Shown here: positions 1-10,559 of the stretch, piece by piece
Layout: each line of letters starts with the position of its first letter
Numbering within the stretch: position 1 is the stretch's first letter
Source: Hyphochytrium catenoides
Lineage: Eukaryota; Protista; Hyphochytriomycota
Assembly (NCBI GenBank): GCA_900088475.1
Contig: FLMG01001347.1
Span: 1-44,615 of the forward strand
DNA: 44,615 nucleotides
Direction: 5' to 3'
Made by a program: the position numbers and the translations under genes
The notes under the pieces: model-generated
Database searches by the model: none
What the model was told of the DNA's origin: nothing
The model's input: only the letters and a program-made list of their open reading frames with translations

Positions 1-787
1 AGGCCAAGGGCCCCCCGGCACCGCGACAGCGGGCCTGCTACTTATTGTTGTAATGCTGTATTAATCGTACGTACCAACCTGATGAGAGCCAGCAGAGAGA
101 CGGAACTAAACACGGAAAAGAGATAGAAAAGGGAGAGAGACACGAGCTGCAGATAAAGAGTCCTCCAACAAACAAGCACTGGAACACAGACAGAGTGAGT
201 GAAACAGTGAGACAGAGTGAGACGAAAGGAAGACAGAGCGACACATACTTTTTACGACACGCGCCCTTTGCAGATCTGTTACTCTGACAAGACAGAATCT
301 TTTAGAGGTTTGGGGAGAAAGAAATGAGATAGCAGAAAGAGGTAATAAGAGTATCTTATAAAGGGGAGCTCTACCAAGACGGAAGACAGAGGTGTTACTC
401 AGAGAGCCAGAGTGAGCTAGACAGGTGCCCACACCACACCGCTGCATAATTCTTCCGCTACGCTGATCCGAAAATACCTTACACTCTTTGGAAACCGAAG
501 TACATTTTCTCTTCGTTTGCCCGAAAAGGCAATCACCGAATTTAATTCTGTTATTGGGATTCTGATCTTCAGCTTCAACCTTTTTGTCGCATATTTTTCT
601 CGTATTTTGTTCTGACGTTTGGAACAGAAAGAAATTTGCTGGAAAAACTTGAACATCGTCAGACAGAGACGCAGTTCACGATTTCTTTCGGGGCTTTTAC
701 GGAGATTTTGAGTCGGTAGTTGTCGGGCTTTCTAAAGAGAATTCTATTGCCAGCGGTGAACGCTCTCCTGTCTTGGTTTTGCGTAAG

Positions 788-1029
788 ATGAAGCGTTTGG
801 TTACTATTGCGAGTGGTGCGGCGCAGAGTCCACTGGCCTGCAAGGCTGTCACAAGTCCTAACAATGCGGCGGCTGCCAATGGAGCTGTAGGCCAATGGAG
901 AGGTAAATAGAAGCAGATCAAGAGCTTCTAAGCTTGGACCTCCTTATGTGTTTGGGACGAAGCTTTATCTTTTTCGCTCTTCCTTTCTCGTACTTATCTA
1001 TGGGTCATTCCTTTTTAGCTCGCCTCTTG

Positions 1030-1062
<33 letters not shown>

Positions 1063-2939
1063 TCCATCTCCCTGGCTCTCACTCACTCTCTCTGGCTCTC
1101 ATTCACACTCTCTCTCCTCTCACTCCCTCTCTTTTGTCTCTCTCTCTCAATGTATATGTTGCCAAATCGACTGAACTCTTTCGGCACATGGCCGTTTACC
1201 AGGCTTGTCGACCTCCTTGAGCTCCCTCGCCGGCAAAGACTTTGAGACTATCGGGAAACTAACGTAAGTAGCAATCAAACTCACGCAGACTTTCTACCTT
1301 TTCCTCATATGTCGCTGGCTTCTGGGTCTACGTTCCACCTAGTTATTCCCAAAAGCGTCTCTCTCTTCCGTTTGCTTGTCATTACCACGTTTAAGGACAT
1401 GTCTTCCTGGTTATTCAACGTACTTCCCACTTACCTCGCTTTCTGCCCTTGCGTTTGCTCTGTGCCGCGACTCTATTGTCCGTCTGTCTCTCCCTCACTC
1501 TCTTTTTTGTTCTCTCTGTTTTCAGTTCTCAAGAGCTGGTAGGCCTCATTGAGCTAGCGCGCCGCTTGAAGCAGAAATATCGCGTTGATGGGGCGGTGAG
1601 TTCTGCATCGAAAATCTTCCTGTTTGCCGTTAAGCCTGTCGTGTGAGCTAAAAGACAATCTCTGCCCCTTCTCTTCCTGCAGAAATGTAAGCCTTTAGAT
1701 GGTGTTTCCATGGCAATGATCTTCCAAAAGAGGAGCACCAGGACTAGGTTAGACGGTCTTTTTTCTTTCTCTCTCTCTCTTTCTTTCTCTCTCTCTGTCT
1801 CTCTTTATTTTTGCTCACTCTCCGTGTCCCTCTCTTTCTCCTCTCCTCTCTCCCTTTCTCTCTTTCATTTCTCTCTTTCTCATTCATTTTCTGCTCTCTC
1901 TCTTTTTCCCTCTCTCTCTTTTTCTCTCTCTCTCTCTCACTCTCTTTGCTCTCTCTTTTTCTCTTCTCTGGCGCATCTTCCGACAGTAGTCCTTACACTC
2001 TTCCTTTACTTTTGCATCTCTCCCGCTCCTTAGAATCTCTTCTGAGACTGGTCTCTATCTTCTGGGTGGCCATGCCCTGATGCTCTCGGCTGAGGATATC
2101 CAGCTAGGAGTCAATGAGTCTATGAGGGTCAGTGAGTCTCTCCCTTTCTCTCTCCCCTCTCTCTCTTTCACACCAACACTAATTCTCTCTCTCTCTCACG
2201 TCCAGTCAGCCTGTCTTCGCTTTTGATTCCTTCTCTCTTTCTCTTGGGACTGAAGTGTACTCCCTCCCGTTCCCGCCTTTGTCCTTCGGTTCGTCTATTG
2301 CCTCTTTCTTGACTTAGGTAGACTGCTCTTTCATCCAAGTATTTTTTCCCGCGGGGTTCTCAGTGTGAAGACGTCACTCTCTCTCTCTTTAAAAACTCTC
2401 TTTTAATCGTCTCACTACTTTTTCTCTCTCTCTCTCTTTCCCCTCTACTTCTCTCTTCTTGTATGTAGGACACCGCGCTTGTTCTCTCTCGCTTCAATCA
2501 GCTGATCTTGGCGCGTGTCAAGGGCCACCAAGACATTGAGGAGCTGGGAAAATGGGCCACTGTCCCAGGTCTTTGGGCTATTTTCTCTCTACCTCTCTCT
2601 TTCAACTACACTCTGGCCCCTTTGTTTCTCTCTTTCCTCTATTCCTCTTATCGCGGGAACTTATCGTATGTTGATTCCTTCCTCGTAGGTGTGGGGCGGT
2701 CCCTTACTACCAACTCTGCACTTCTGCTCTCTCTCTTTTCTCCCTTTCTGCATCTGGACACTTTATGTCCTAGCATCTAATTTGGCTTCCGCTCACTCTG
2801 CTCTCTCTCTCTCCCTCCTTTTTCTCGTCGGATTGCTGCTTGCCCTTGTCTACCGGGCGGTAGTCATCAACGCTCTGTCGGATAAGTATCACCCTCTCCA
2901 ATGCCTTGCGGACTATATGACTCTGATGGTCAGAGTCCT

Positions 2940-2986
<47 letters not shown>

Positions 2987-4231
2987 CTAGTTAGAGTTTA
3001 TATTATGTGATTCTGGTTCGTTGCTCTGTCTTCTTAGCAACCTTTCTCTCGCTCGTTCCAGCAGCTTCTCCATGAAAACATTTTCTTTTGGTGATTTAGC
3101 GCCCTCTTTCTCTCTCCCTGCCTCTCTCTTTCTAGCACTTTCTCCTTTGAGACTCGCTTTCGCGCTCTCTCACCTTCTTTCTCTTTCTCTCTTTATTTCC
3201 AGGAGCATTTGGGAGATCTTCAGGGCCGGACTTTGGCTTGGGTCGGAGATGGAAACAATGTCCTTCACGACCTCATGCTGGGCGCTCCACGCTTAGGTCA
3301 GAGGCTGAGATCTTGAAACGAGAGAAGGGGAAGAGAGAGAGAGAGAGAGAGACAAGCAGAGGGAGATTGAGGAGGAGAGATACTACGTCGAGAATCTTGA
3401 GCAAGGAACGAAAGAAATTAAGGTCTCTCTTTCTTTTTTGGCGTTGAATAGCTGTCGCTGGCCCCGTCTTTAGTTTAGGACATGCTCACTCTCTTGTGTT
3501 CCACTCTCACTCTGTTCACTATCTCTCTCTCTCTCTCCCGCTCCTCCCTTGTTTCCTGTCCCTTTCTGCCCTTCTCTCTCGCTCTCTGTCTATTTCTTGT
3601 TGTCCCTTGCGATCCTTTGCAGGCCTAAATGTTAGAGTGGCGACGCCTAAAGGTTATGAACCAGCTGCAGACGTAGTGGAGAGCACTAAGAAGACTGCCA
3701 AGGCAAGGAAGACTCTCTCTCTCTCTTTCTCCTTCTTTCTGTCCTTTCCCTCCTTCGTATGCTTATCGCACCTGTCCACTCAGTCTCTTAACTTTTTCCA
3801 GCCCTTTGGCCTAGACCCTCTCTTTCCCTTCCAGCTCTCCTTTATAGTCTTTCTCTCGATTTCTCTCTCTCTCTTCTTCTCTTGTGGTTCCTCTTAGCTT
3901 GCTTGTTTTTTTTTTAATCTACATTTCTCCGTCTCTTGTCTTCACTTCGTCTTTTTTCAGTCCCTGAGCTTGACTTCTAAGAGTTAGAATGATCGCTGAC
4001 TCTCCTCTCTCTTTATTCACTTCTCGCTTACTCCTCTGGTGTACCTCCCTATTTCTTCTCCTCTCTCTATGTGTCTCTCTCCCCCTTTCTCTCTCTGTCG
4101 TGGGACTCTGTCTCCTTTTCTCTTTCTTGCTGATCCTCATACCAGGAAGCTGGCACAGAAGTATTCCTGACTACCGACCCGATAGAAGCGGTCAAAGGAG
4201 CAGACGTCGTCGTCACTGACACTTGGATCAG

Positions 4232-4294
<63 letters not shown>

Positions 4295-4896
4295 GTGTGT
4301 TTTCTCAATTTTCTCCTACTGATGTGGTTTAGGGGCTATGAACTTTTTCTGTTGCGCTTTGGGTAGTCTCTCTTATGTTTATTTCCCTCTCCTCCCTTCA
4401 CTTTATTTTGCCTCCCTTTTTGCACTCTTTTCTGTCTTGGCTGTCGCTAAGCGCCCATATCTCTCTCTCTCTCTGCTCTCTCTCTGTGTTGCTTTTCCTC
4501 TCTCGCTCTTGCTCTCTCTCTCTCTTCCTCTCTCTTCTTCGTCGTCGTCGTCGTCGTTCTTTCCTACAGTATGGGGCAAGAAACTGAAAAGCTAGAGAGA
4601 CTTAAGGCCTTTGAGGGATACAGGGTAAGTGTATNNNNNNNNNNNNNNNNNNNNNNNNNNNNNNNNNNNNNNNNNNNNNNNNNNNNNNNNTTTGTCTCTC
4701 TCTCTTTCCGCTCTCGCGCTCTCTCTCTCTCTCTCTCTCTCTTGATAAAGGAAATACCGTAAAGTTTCCTTCTGGTGGCAAGAGCTCTTTCTTGCCAAGT
4801 AGGACGTACCGTTCCCATCTTGTTTTACTCTTCCCCCAAGCCTTGTAATTCCCTATTTGTCTCTCTCTCTTTTCCTCTTTCTTCTGCCCTTTCTCC

Positions 4897-4929
<33 letters not shown>

Positions 4930-5439
4930 GTCTGTCTCTGCTGTTCCTTAAAGGTGGACGATAAGCTTCTCTCTCATGCTTCTCCTGATGTGAGGTTCCT
5001 TCACTGCCTCCCAAGGCACTCTGAGGAAGTCTCTGACGAGGTGAGACGTTCTCCTCAAAATTCCTCTCTCTCATCCGCTCTTTCTTTGCTATTTGTGTGT
5101 CTCTCCTCTCTTTCCACTCTTCTCTCTTTCTCTTTCTCCTGTCCTTTCCTCTCATTTATCCTATTTTAATTCTTCGCATATAAAGACCTTGTAAGTCTCT
5201 ATCTTGATTTCCCTCTTGCTTTCCTTATTTCTCTCTCTTCCTTCCACACACGTTCTCTCTCCTTCTTTCCTACTCTCTTTCTTCATTCTTTCTTTTGGCC
5301 TCCCCCTCTCCTTTGGTCCTAATCTTGACTTTGGCCTTAGGTCTTCTACTCTTCTCGCTCCTTGGTCTTTGACGAGGCAGAGAACCGAATGTGGACTGTA
5401 ATGGCAGTTGCGCTAGCGCTTCTTGGGAAAGAAGTCTAA
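788..5439 (+). CDS. OTC: Ornithine carbamoyltransferase, 13 exons, with predicted mitochondrial presequence
   Basis: Phase-consistent exons: 788-902, 1203-1263, 1526-1595, 1683-1747, 2034-2127, 2469-2568, 2864-2928, 3203-3296, 3623-3702, 4146-4231, 4570-4624, 4954-5040, 5341-5439. They encode the OTCase motifs [48 protein letters not shown] and EAENR. The N-terminus lacks acidic residues and ends WRGLST, resembling an MPP site. Stop TAA at 5437-5439. Confidence 0.96.
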
Positions 5440-5448
5440 AGGCAGAAG

Positions 5449-5495
<47 letters not shown>

Positions 5496-5843
5496 TACCT
5501 CTCTTTCTATCTATCTCTCCTCCCCACTCTCCTTTCTTATTCTTTCCGGTTGCTGGCCGCTTTTCTTCTCTCGCTGCTTTTTCTCGTTACTCTTGAGTTC
5601 TCTCTAACACGAGGCAGTACAGTCATCCATTGATTGCACTCCGCGGAGAGAGTGGGAGACAGACAGACGAGAGAAAGAAGTAGCGTCAAAAAGAGAAAAG
5701 AAGGAGGATAGAGAGGTCTTTATATGCGAAGAAAATGAAGCAAAAAGTACGATAGATGATAACCACCCAGCGTCTGTCTCTCTCTGTTTCTCTTTCTCTC
5801 TCTTATAATACCTCTACTTTCCTGTCTCTGTTTACCCCCTTCC

Positions 5844-5886
<43 letters not shown>

Positions 5887-6150
5887 CCTTCCTCCCTCTC
5901 TTTGTTTTTCTCTCTTCTCTCTCTTTTTCTCTCTTTGCCTGGCTCTACTATATAGCGTAGTGATAGAGAAAGCCATCTTCCTCGATCAGTTTTCTTCAAT
6001 TGTTCTCCTCTTCTTCATAGTAAAGGGCAGAATATGAGTGGGATTATAAAAGGATAGAGAGCATCGAACACTCGATGATAAACGGAAGAAGCTTTCTTCC
6101 CTGCTTCTCATTATCCTGTGTGACTCTTCTAAGCGATTGTGACGGGAGGA

Positions 6151-7050
6151 TCTGCATGGAGCAATGGGTCGCCTGGGGTCAGTTCTTTGACTTCACTGTC
6201 TGGCTCAGCGGACCCGGGCCAGCGAAGACTGAGCAGCTTGGCGCTTTCCACTGCTTATTGCAGAGCATCTGTGTTTTAACAAGATCCTCGAGGATGGCAA
6301 CACAGTGGCCACCACTCTTGGGAAGCTCAGCGCAATTCTCTGGGCTTCAACGCTTCTTCCTCGCGCGGGACATCGCTCTCGTGCCCGGGCTTCGCGCTTC
6401 TAAGCCGCTCGCAAGGCCCAGAAGCAGCCCCGTGACGGTGCCAATCCTGCTGCGCCTCTCGGACTTTATCTCTTGGTACACACCACACCACTAAGTTATG
6501 GGACCTCACTCTTCTGGCCTACTACTTCCTCCTCAGACGGTCGGAGTAACTGCCTCATGATGGGCGCGAGACCGAACCCTGCGTCCTTAACAATCGACGA
6601 CCTACGGCTTTGGCATTGCGCCGGCAGACCACGTAGAGATCGCGCCAGGGCAGAGGCAGCGTCTATTATCGACTTCCGCGGCGGCAAAAATGACCAGATC
6701 GGGAGAGGGTCTCATCGTCGCTTACGGAGGTCGGAACACTCTCTTCTGTGCCCTGTCCAAGGCAGGCTGTCTGCTGAAGACGGCGCCCTCGGCCTGGGAT
6801 CATCCATGCGAGCGGGAGTTAGCGAGATAGGCGGAGGACGTGGCCAAGTTGGTGAATCAAGCAGCAGCAGCGTGTGGATATCCACCCGAGCGGTAGTCAA
6901 CACACTCCCTGAGGGACTCCACTGCGCTAACGAACTGTCAAGGCGGCGGGCGACCTAATGATCAAGATCTTGGGACGCTGGTACTCTGACGCTTACCAAG
7001 GCTACTTGGCATATCAGCCTATTCAGACGGAAGAGCTCCCAGGCTAGTAA
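6151..7050 (+). pseudogene. Degenerate tyrosine recombinase of a DIRS/Ngaro-type (YR) element
   Basis: Switching frames gives collinear YR motifs: EQWVAW, GNTVATTLGKLSAILW, PVTVPILLRL, LWDLTLLAYYFLLRRSE* (TAA 6547-6549), IIDFRGGKNDQIGRG, LLCPV, VAKLVNQAAAACGYPPER*STHSLR (6897-6914) and DLMIKILGRWYSDAYQGY (6952-7005). Several frameshifts and stops. Confidence 0.85.
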
Positions 7051-7121
7051 TGTCAAGCGCCAGTTCGATCCCCTCAGCAGTGTAGCGTGTAGAGCATCTC
7101 GGGATACTTTCTGAGACTCGT

Positions 7122-7167
7122 TTCTCTCGTACGCTAATGGTAGGCACAGAGGAAGCCTACGAGAGAA
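7122..7167. repeat. Inverted repeat/hairpin just 3' of the YR pseudogene
   Basis: TTCTCTCGTA (7122-7131) pairs with TACGAGAGAA (7158-7167); inner GTAGGC (7140-7145) pairs with GCCTAC (7155-7160). Confidence 0.7.
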
Positions 7168-7465
7168 TACTCTGGCGCAATAAGCCGAAGTGCAGATCGT
7201 CTGGAAAATGTGAAGTGAGATTAGAGCTTAGCGGCGCGCGGTCAGCGCGGGCAGTCGCATGTCTCATCGCTCTCTAGAAGAACATGCAAGGTCTAGAAGA
7301 CTACTACGATCAGCTGAACATGCAAAGGCAAGCCATCAAGAGTGGCGAGTGTGGACGACCTCCCACTCTGCTGATGACGGAGGACGTGACCTTTGGAGTG
7401 ATGCAAACACTTCCAGCGTATCGATGAACAGAAGGAAGTGTTGTTGCACCCTGGCCAGAGGCTTA

Positions 7466-8596
7466 TCATACATCTGCACGCTTTGTCACGTCATCCCGGG
7501 GAGCAGGACGACGAGGATATACTATCTCATGCTGCCGATAGTACTCACGGAACCTCACGAGCACGTCCAGTTGGGCTCTGCTACTCTGCGTGTGGGCGAT
7601 GAGCAGTTCTACCAATCGAACCCATGAGCTGTCCAGAGGATTGTGTTTCTCAAGAAGGAGACGGACAGCCTCAACGTCGGCTTCAAGACGCTTCAGTGCT
7701 GACTTATAGAAGATCATTTGGCTATCTGTAGGACGAAGATGCTCCGGAAGGAAGAAACCTTGACGGATGCCATTGCGATACCGGTAGGTGTGGGCTTTCA
7801 GACGCCCAGCATCACTGTTCAGTACTGCTAGAAGGCGCACGAAGTCCTCGAGCTTCTGACGAACACCTTGCCGCTGTTCGGGTGCCACAGCTTGGACAAT
7901 CTCTTCAACGACAACTTCCCATCTTTCAATCTTCTTCTGCTGTTCCCAAACCTTCTGGTACATCTCCTTCTGCGGCTGAGCTAAGGTGAGATAGTAGCGC
8001 TGTTCCTCAGCTGTGAGCACGCCTTCAAAGAATGCCCTTTCTTTCTCGGTGAACAGTGGAAGTTCTTCTGGCTCTTCTTTCCTCCCGTTCTTTGGCTGGA
8101 GTGCCTCGCCATCCTCCGAGTCCCTCGCGGGGATTATCTCGTGCAGCCGCTCCTCCTTGGGATGACTCTTCTGCTCTGTTGGCAATCGCTGCAGCGCTTT
8201 GCTTTTCATAAAGCTATGGACTCTTTTTTCTTTGATCTTGACAACTTCTATGGCCTTTTTTGCCTTACCGAGAGCAACGATTGCCATCCACCTGGCATCC
8301 CAGACAGTTTCTACGTCGACGACGGCGGCAGGGACGCTCTTCTCAAACGGCAAGAAGGCTGCTGGCCGCGATGATAATCCATGAGGAGGCGCCTTTCCCG
8401 AGGGCTTTTTAATAGGCACCGTTGGCCTGTTGGCGGCTCGACGCGCCCCTCGAGGGATGGCTTGGACCAAGGTAAAAGCAGGCAAAGAGACCATAAACGA
8501 GAGAAGAGAGACAAGAAAAACGAGCCGCAGAAGTAGCTGTTGTTCCCTCCTCCTCGCCGCCGGCGAAGATCGTCTCCGGCTGTTGTGCACCGACAT
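7466..8596 (-). CDS. Intronless 376-aa hypothetical protein, predicted secreted or membrane-anchored
   Basis: Long ATG-initiated ORF free of microsatellites. Basic N-region, then hydrophobic LLLRLVFLVSLLSFMVSLPAFTL and a VQA|I cleavage-like site, followed by a charged, helical-looking body. No family recognised. Confidence 0.75.
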   Translation of the reverse strand: MSVHNSRRRSSPAARRREQQLLLRLVFLVSLLSFMVSLPAFTLVQAIPRGARRAANRPTVPIKKPSGKAPPHGLSSRPAAFLPFEKSVPAAVVDVETVWDARWMAIVALGKAKKAIEVVKIKEKRVHSFMKSKALQRLPTEQKSHPKEERLHEIIPARDSEDGEALQPKNGRKEEPEELPLFTEKERAFFEGVLTAEEQRYYLTLAQPQKEMYQKVWEQQKKIERWEVVVEEIVQAVAPEQRQGVRQKLEDFVRLLAVLNSDAGRLKAHTYRYRNGIRQGFFLPEHLRPTDSQMIFYKSALKRLEADVEAVRLLLEKHNPLDSSWVRLVELLIAHTQSSRAQLDVLVRFREYYRQHEIVYPRRPAPRDDVTKRADV

Positions 8597-9127
8597 CCTT
8601 CTCCCTTCTTTCTTCTTCTACGTACGTACCATCATCTGATGGGCCGCTGGACTGAAGGAAAAAAAGGAAAGCTGGGTCTCAGACTAGGCAATTTCCTCGA
8701 TTGTTCCCAATGATGGCATTGCGACAGACAACGGCGTGGAGGCGGGTAAGAAGAAGAAGTACGATGAGCCTCTGCGGACAACAATGCGACAATGAGAATG
8801 ATGAAAAGAAAGAGAGTTTCCTGCGCGCGAAGAAGAAGAGAGAGAAAGAAAGAGAGAGGAAAGAGGGAGAAGAGAGGAGAGAGAGGGAGAGAGAACTGAC
8901 ACCAAATAGACGGAACTACTGCTCCCGCCTTATTAGAAGGTGGTCTCAGTGCTGGTGGTTGGACACTCTCTGCTTTCTCCTCTTCATGCCCTTTCTGTCG
9001 CTCGCTTCGCTGGATCTCTCTGTCTCTCTCCCACTCCTCTCTTGTCGTTCTTCATTATTCACTTCTGCCAGTTCCCGGCAATTCGAAGGTTATGCAGAGA
9101 AGAGGCAGGTGAGGAAGAAAGAAAAAA

Positions 9128-9160
<33 letters not shown>

Positions 9161-9220
9161 AGAGAGANNNNNNNNNNNNNNNNNNNNNNNNNNNNNNNNA
9201 GGAGAGACGGAGAGTTAGAA

Positions 9221-9370
9221 GGGGTTAGGGTTAGAAAGAGACGGAAGACGACAAAAAGGGTTAGGGTTAGGGTTAGCTTCAGCTGGAGAGAAAGAGACGG
9301 AAGACGACAAAAAGGGTTAGGGTTAGGGTTAGCTTCAGCTGGAGAGAAAGAGAAGGAAGACGACAAAAAA
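9221..9370 (+). repeat. 56-bp tandem repeat (about 2.5 copies) containing interstitial telomeric (GGGTTA)3
   Basis: Unit GAAAGAGACGGAAGACGACAAAAAGGGTTAGGGTTAGGGTTAGCTTCAGCTGGAGA. ACGG recurs at 9241 and 9297. Partial arrays at 9222-9234 and TTAGGGTTAG at 9641-9650. Confidence 0.9.
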
Positions 9371-9473
9371 GAGAGAGAGTAGGTAGCCTTTGGGGTTCTA
9401 CTCTTCTTTCTTCTTCCTCCTGTTCTCCTACTTCGCCTACTTCTTTCTTTCTTCTTCGTAGTACTGGTAAGGC

Positions 9474-9787
9474 TAGTAGTAGTAGCTCATTATCTGGCTA
9501 GTTTTTATATATCTTATTATTATGATTAGCGCATTCTATCTTTTCACTTTATTTTTAAAAGGCCTTTTATTTCCGTGATAGAGACCTCCGGGTCTGTTTT
9601 GCTGACTCTGCCAATAAATCTACTTCTTCTTCTTTCTAGCTTAGGGTTAGCAGTAGTAGCTTCTTTCTAAGGCTATTGTTCTATATATCTTATTATGGTC
9701 AAAGTATCTTTTCACATGTTTAAACGACTTTTGTCTTTGTTATGCTAGAAACCTGTCTGTCTGTCTTTCTGACTCTGCCAACAATCC
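9474..9787. repeat. Diverged direct duplication, two AT-rich copies of about 140 bp
   Basis: Copies at about 9474-9620 and 9648-9787 share, in order, AGTAGTAGCT, GGCTA, TATATATCTTATTAT, TATCTTTTCAC, TAGA.ACCT and CTGACTCTGCCAA. Confidence 0.75.
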
Positions 9788-10559
9788 GTATCTCACGTTA
9801 GAAGGACGGGGCTAAGAAATGGCCAACAAGAGTCCAATAAGAAGCGCAATAATAAACCAAGGTCTTTTTGACTGTATGGAGACATCGAGACCAGTTTTTC
9901 CACGCTGCGGAATGTGCAGATCAAGGTTACGGTAGTCGTTATCCGTCTCTTGGCGTGGGCGTCCTTTGCTGATGGAGCCACGGAGCCAATTCTTCATTCC
10001 ACGCTAAGAGAATGGGTGCCTTATTTTAGCGCCATCTCTGCGCTCTCACGGCCACCGCCTACGGACGGACCATCTCTTCTGTCCTCCTGCGACGATGCGA
10101 TCGCCCGCTGAGATGCTTTCCAATAGACGATTGCCCTCAGCCTGTTGAGCACATTGAGAATGCGGTTGTGGGTCAACTGTCAGGCTGCTGCCAGGAGCTG
10201 TTGCGGGCGGACTTTCAATAGTGTCGGTTAATAAGTCTAAGATTTTGTAGTCGAAGCCTTCTCATAACTGTTGCTTCAGTAGACCACTATAGAACTGCTA
10301 CTTCTATTGACCAGTTATTATAAGAAGTGAAAAGGTATGGAGGAAGTACTACAAAACTCTATCTACGCTACCCTACTAGTAACAAAACTACCAACTATTT
10401 AAAACTATTATTAGTACACTTTTTTCAAAGCAGCCTACTACACTAAAAAACCTCCTCCTCCCCCCAGCTCTCCTCCTCCGACTGCTCACACCTCACACCT
10501 CTCCGGTCCGTCGCATCTGCTGCAGTTGCTGTTGCTGTTGAAGATCCTCGCGAATAATA

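Noticed and set aside
1-660. Divergent gene upstream of OTC
   Set aside because: All three frames after the candidate acceptor near position 80 stop quickly, and no recognisable protein results.
6547-6896. Stop-codon reassignment (TAA/TAG at expected Tyr positions)
   Set aside because: The same region has frameshifts, and intact genes terminate at TAA, TAG and TGA, so this is ordinary decay.
6473-6958. 161-aa plus-strand ORF and overlapping minus-strand ORFs as genes
   Set aside because: They are pieces or antisense shadows of the frameshifted tyrosine recombinase.
9233-9370. CRISPR-like repeat-spacer array
   Set aside because: The spacers are identical, there are no cas genes and the context is eukaryotic; it is a simple tandem repeat.
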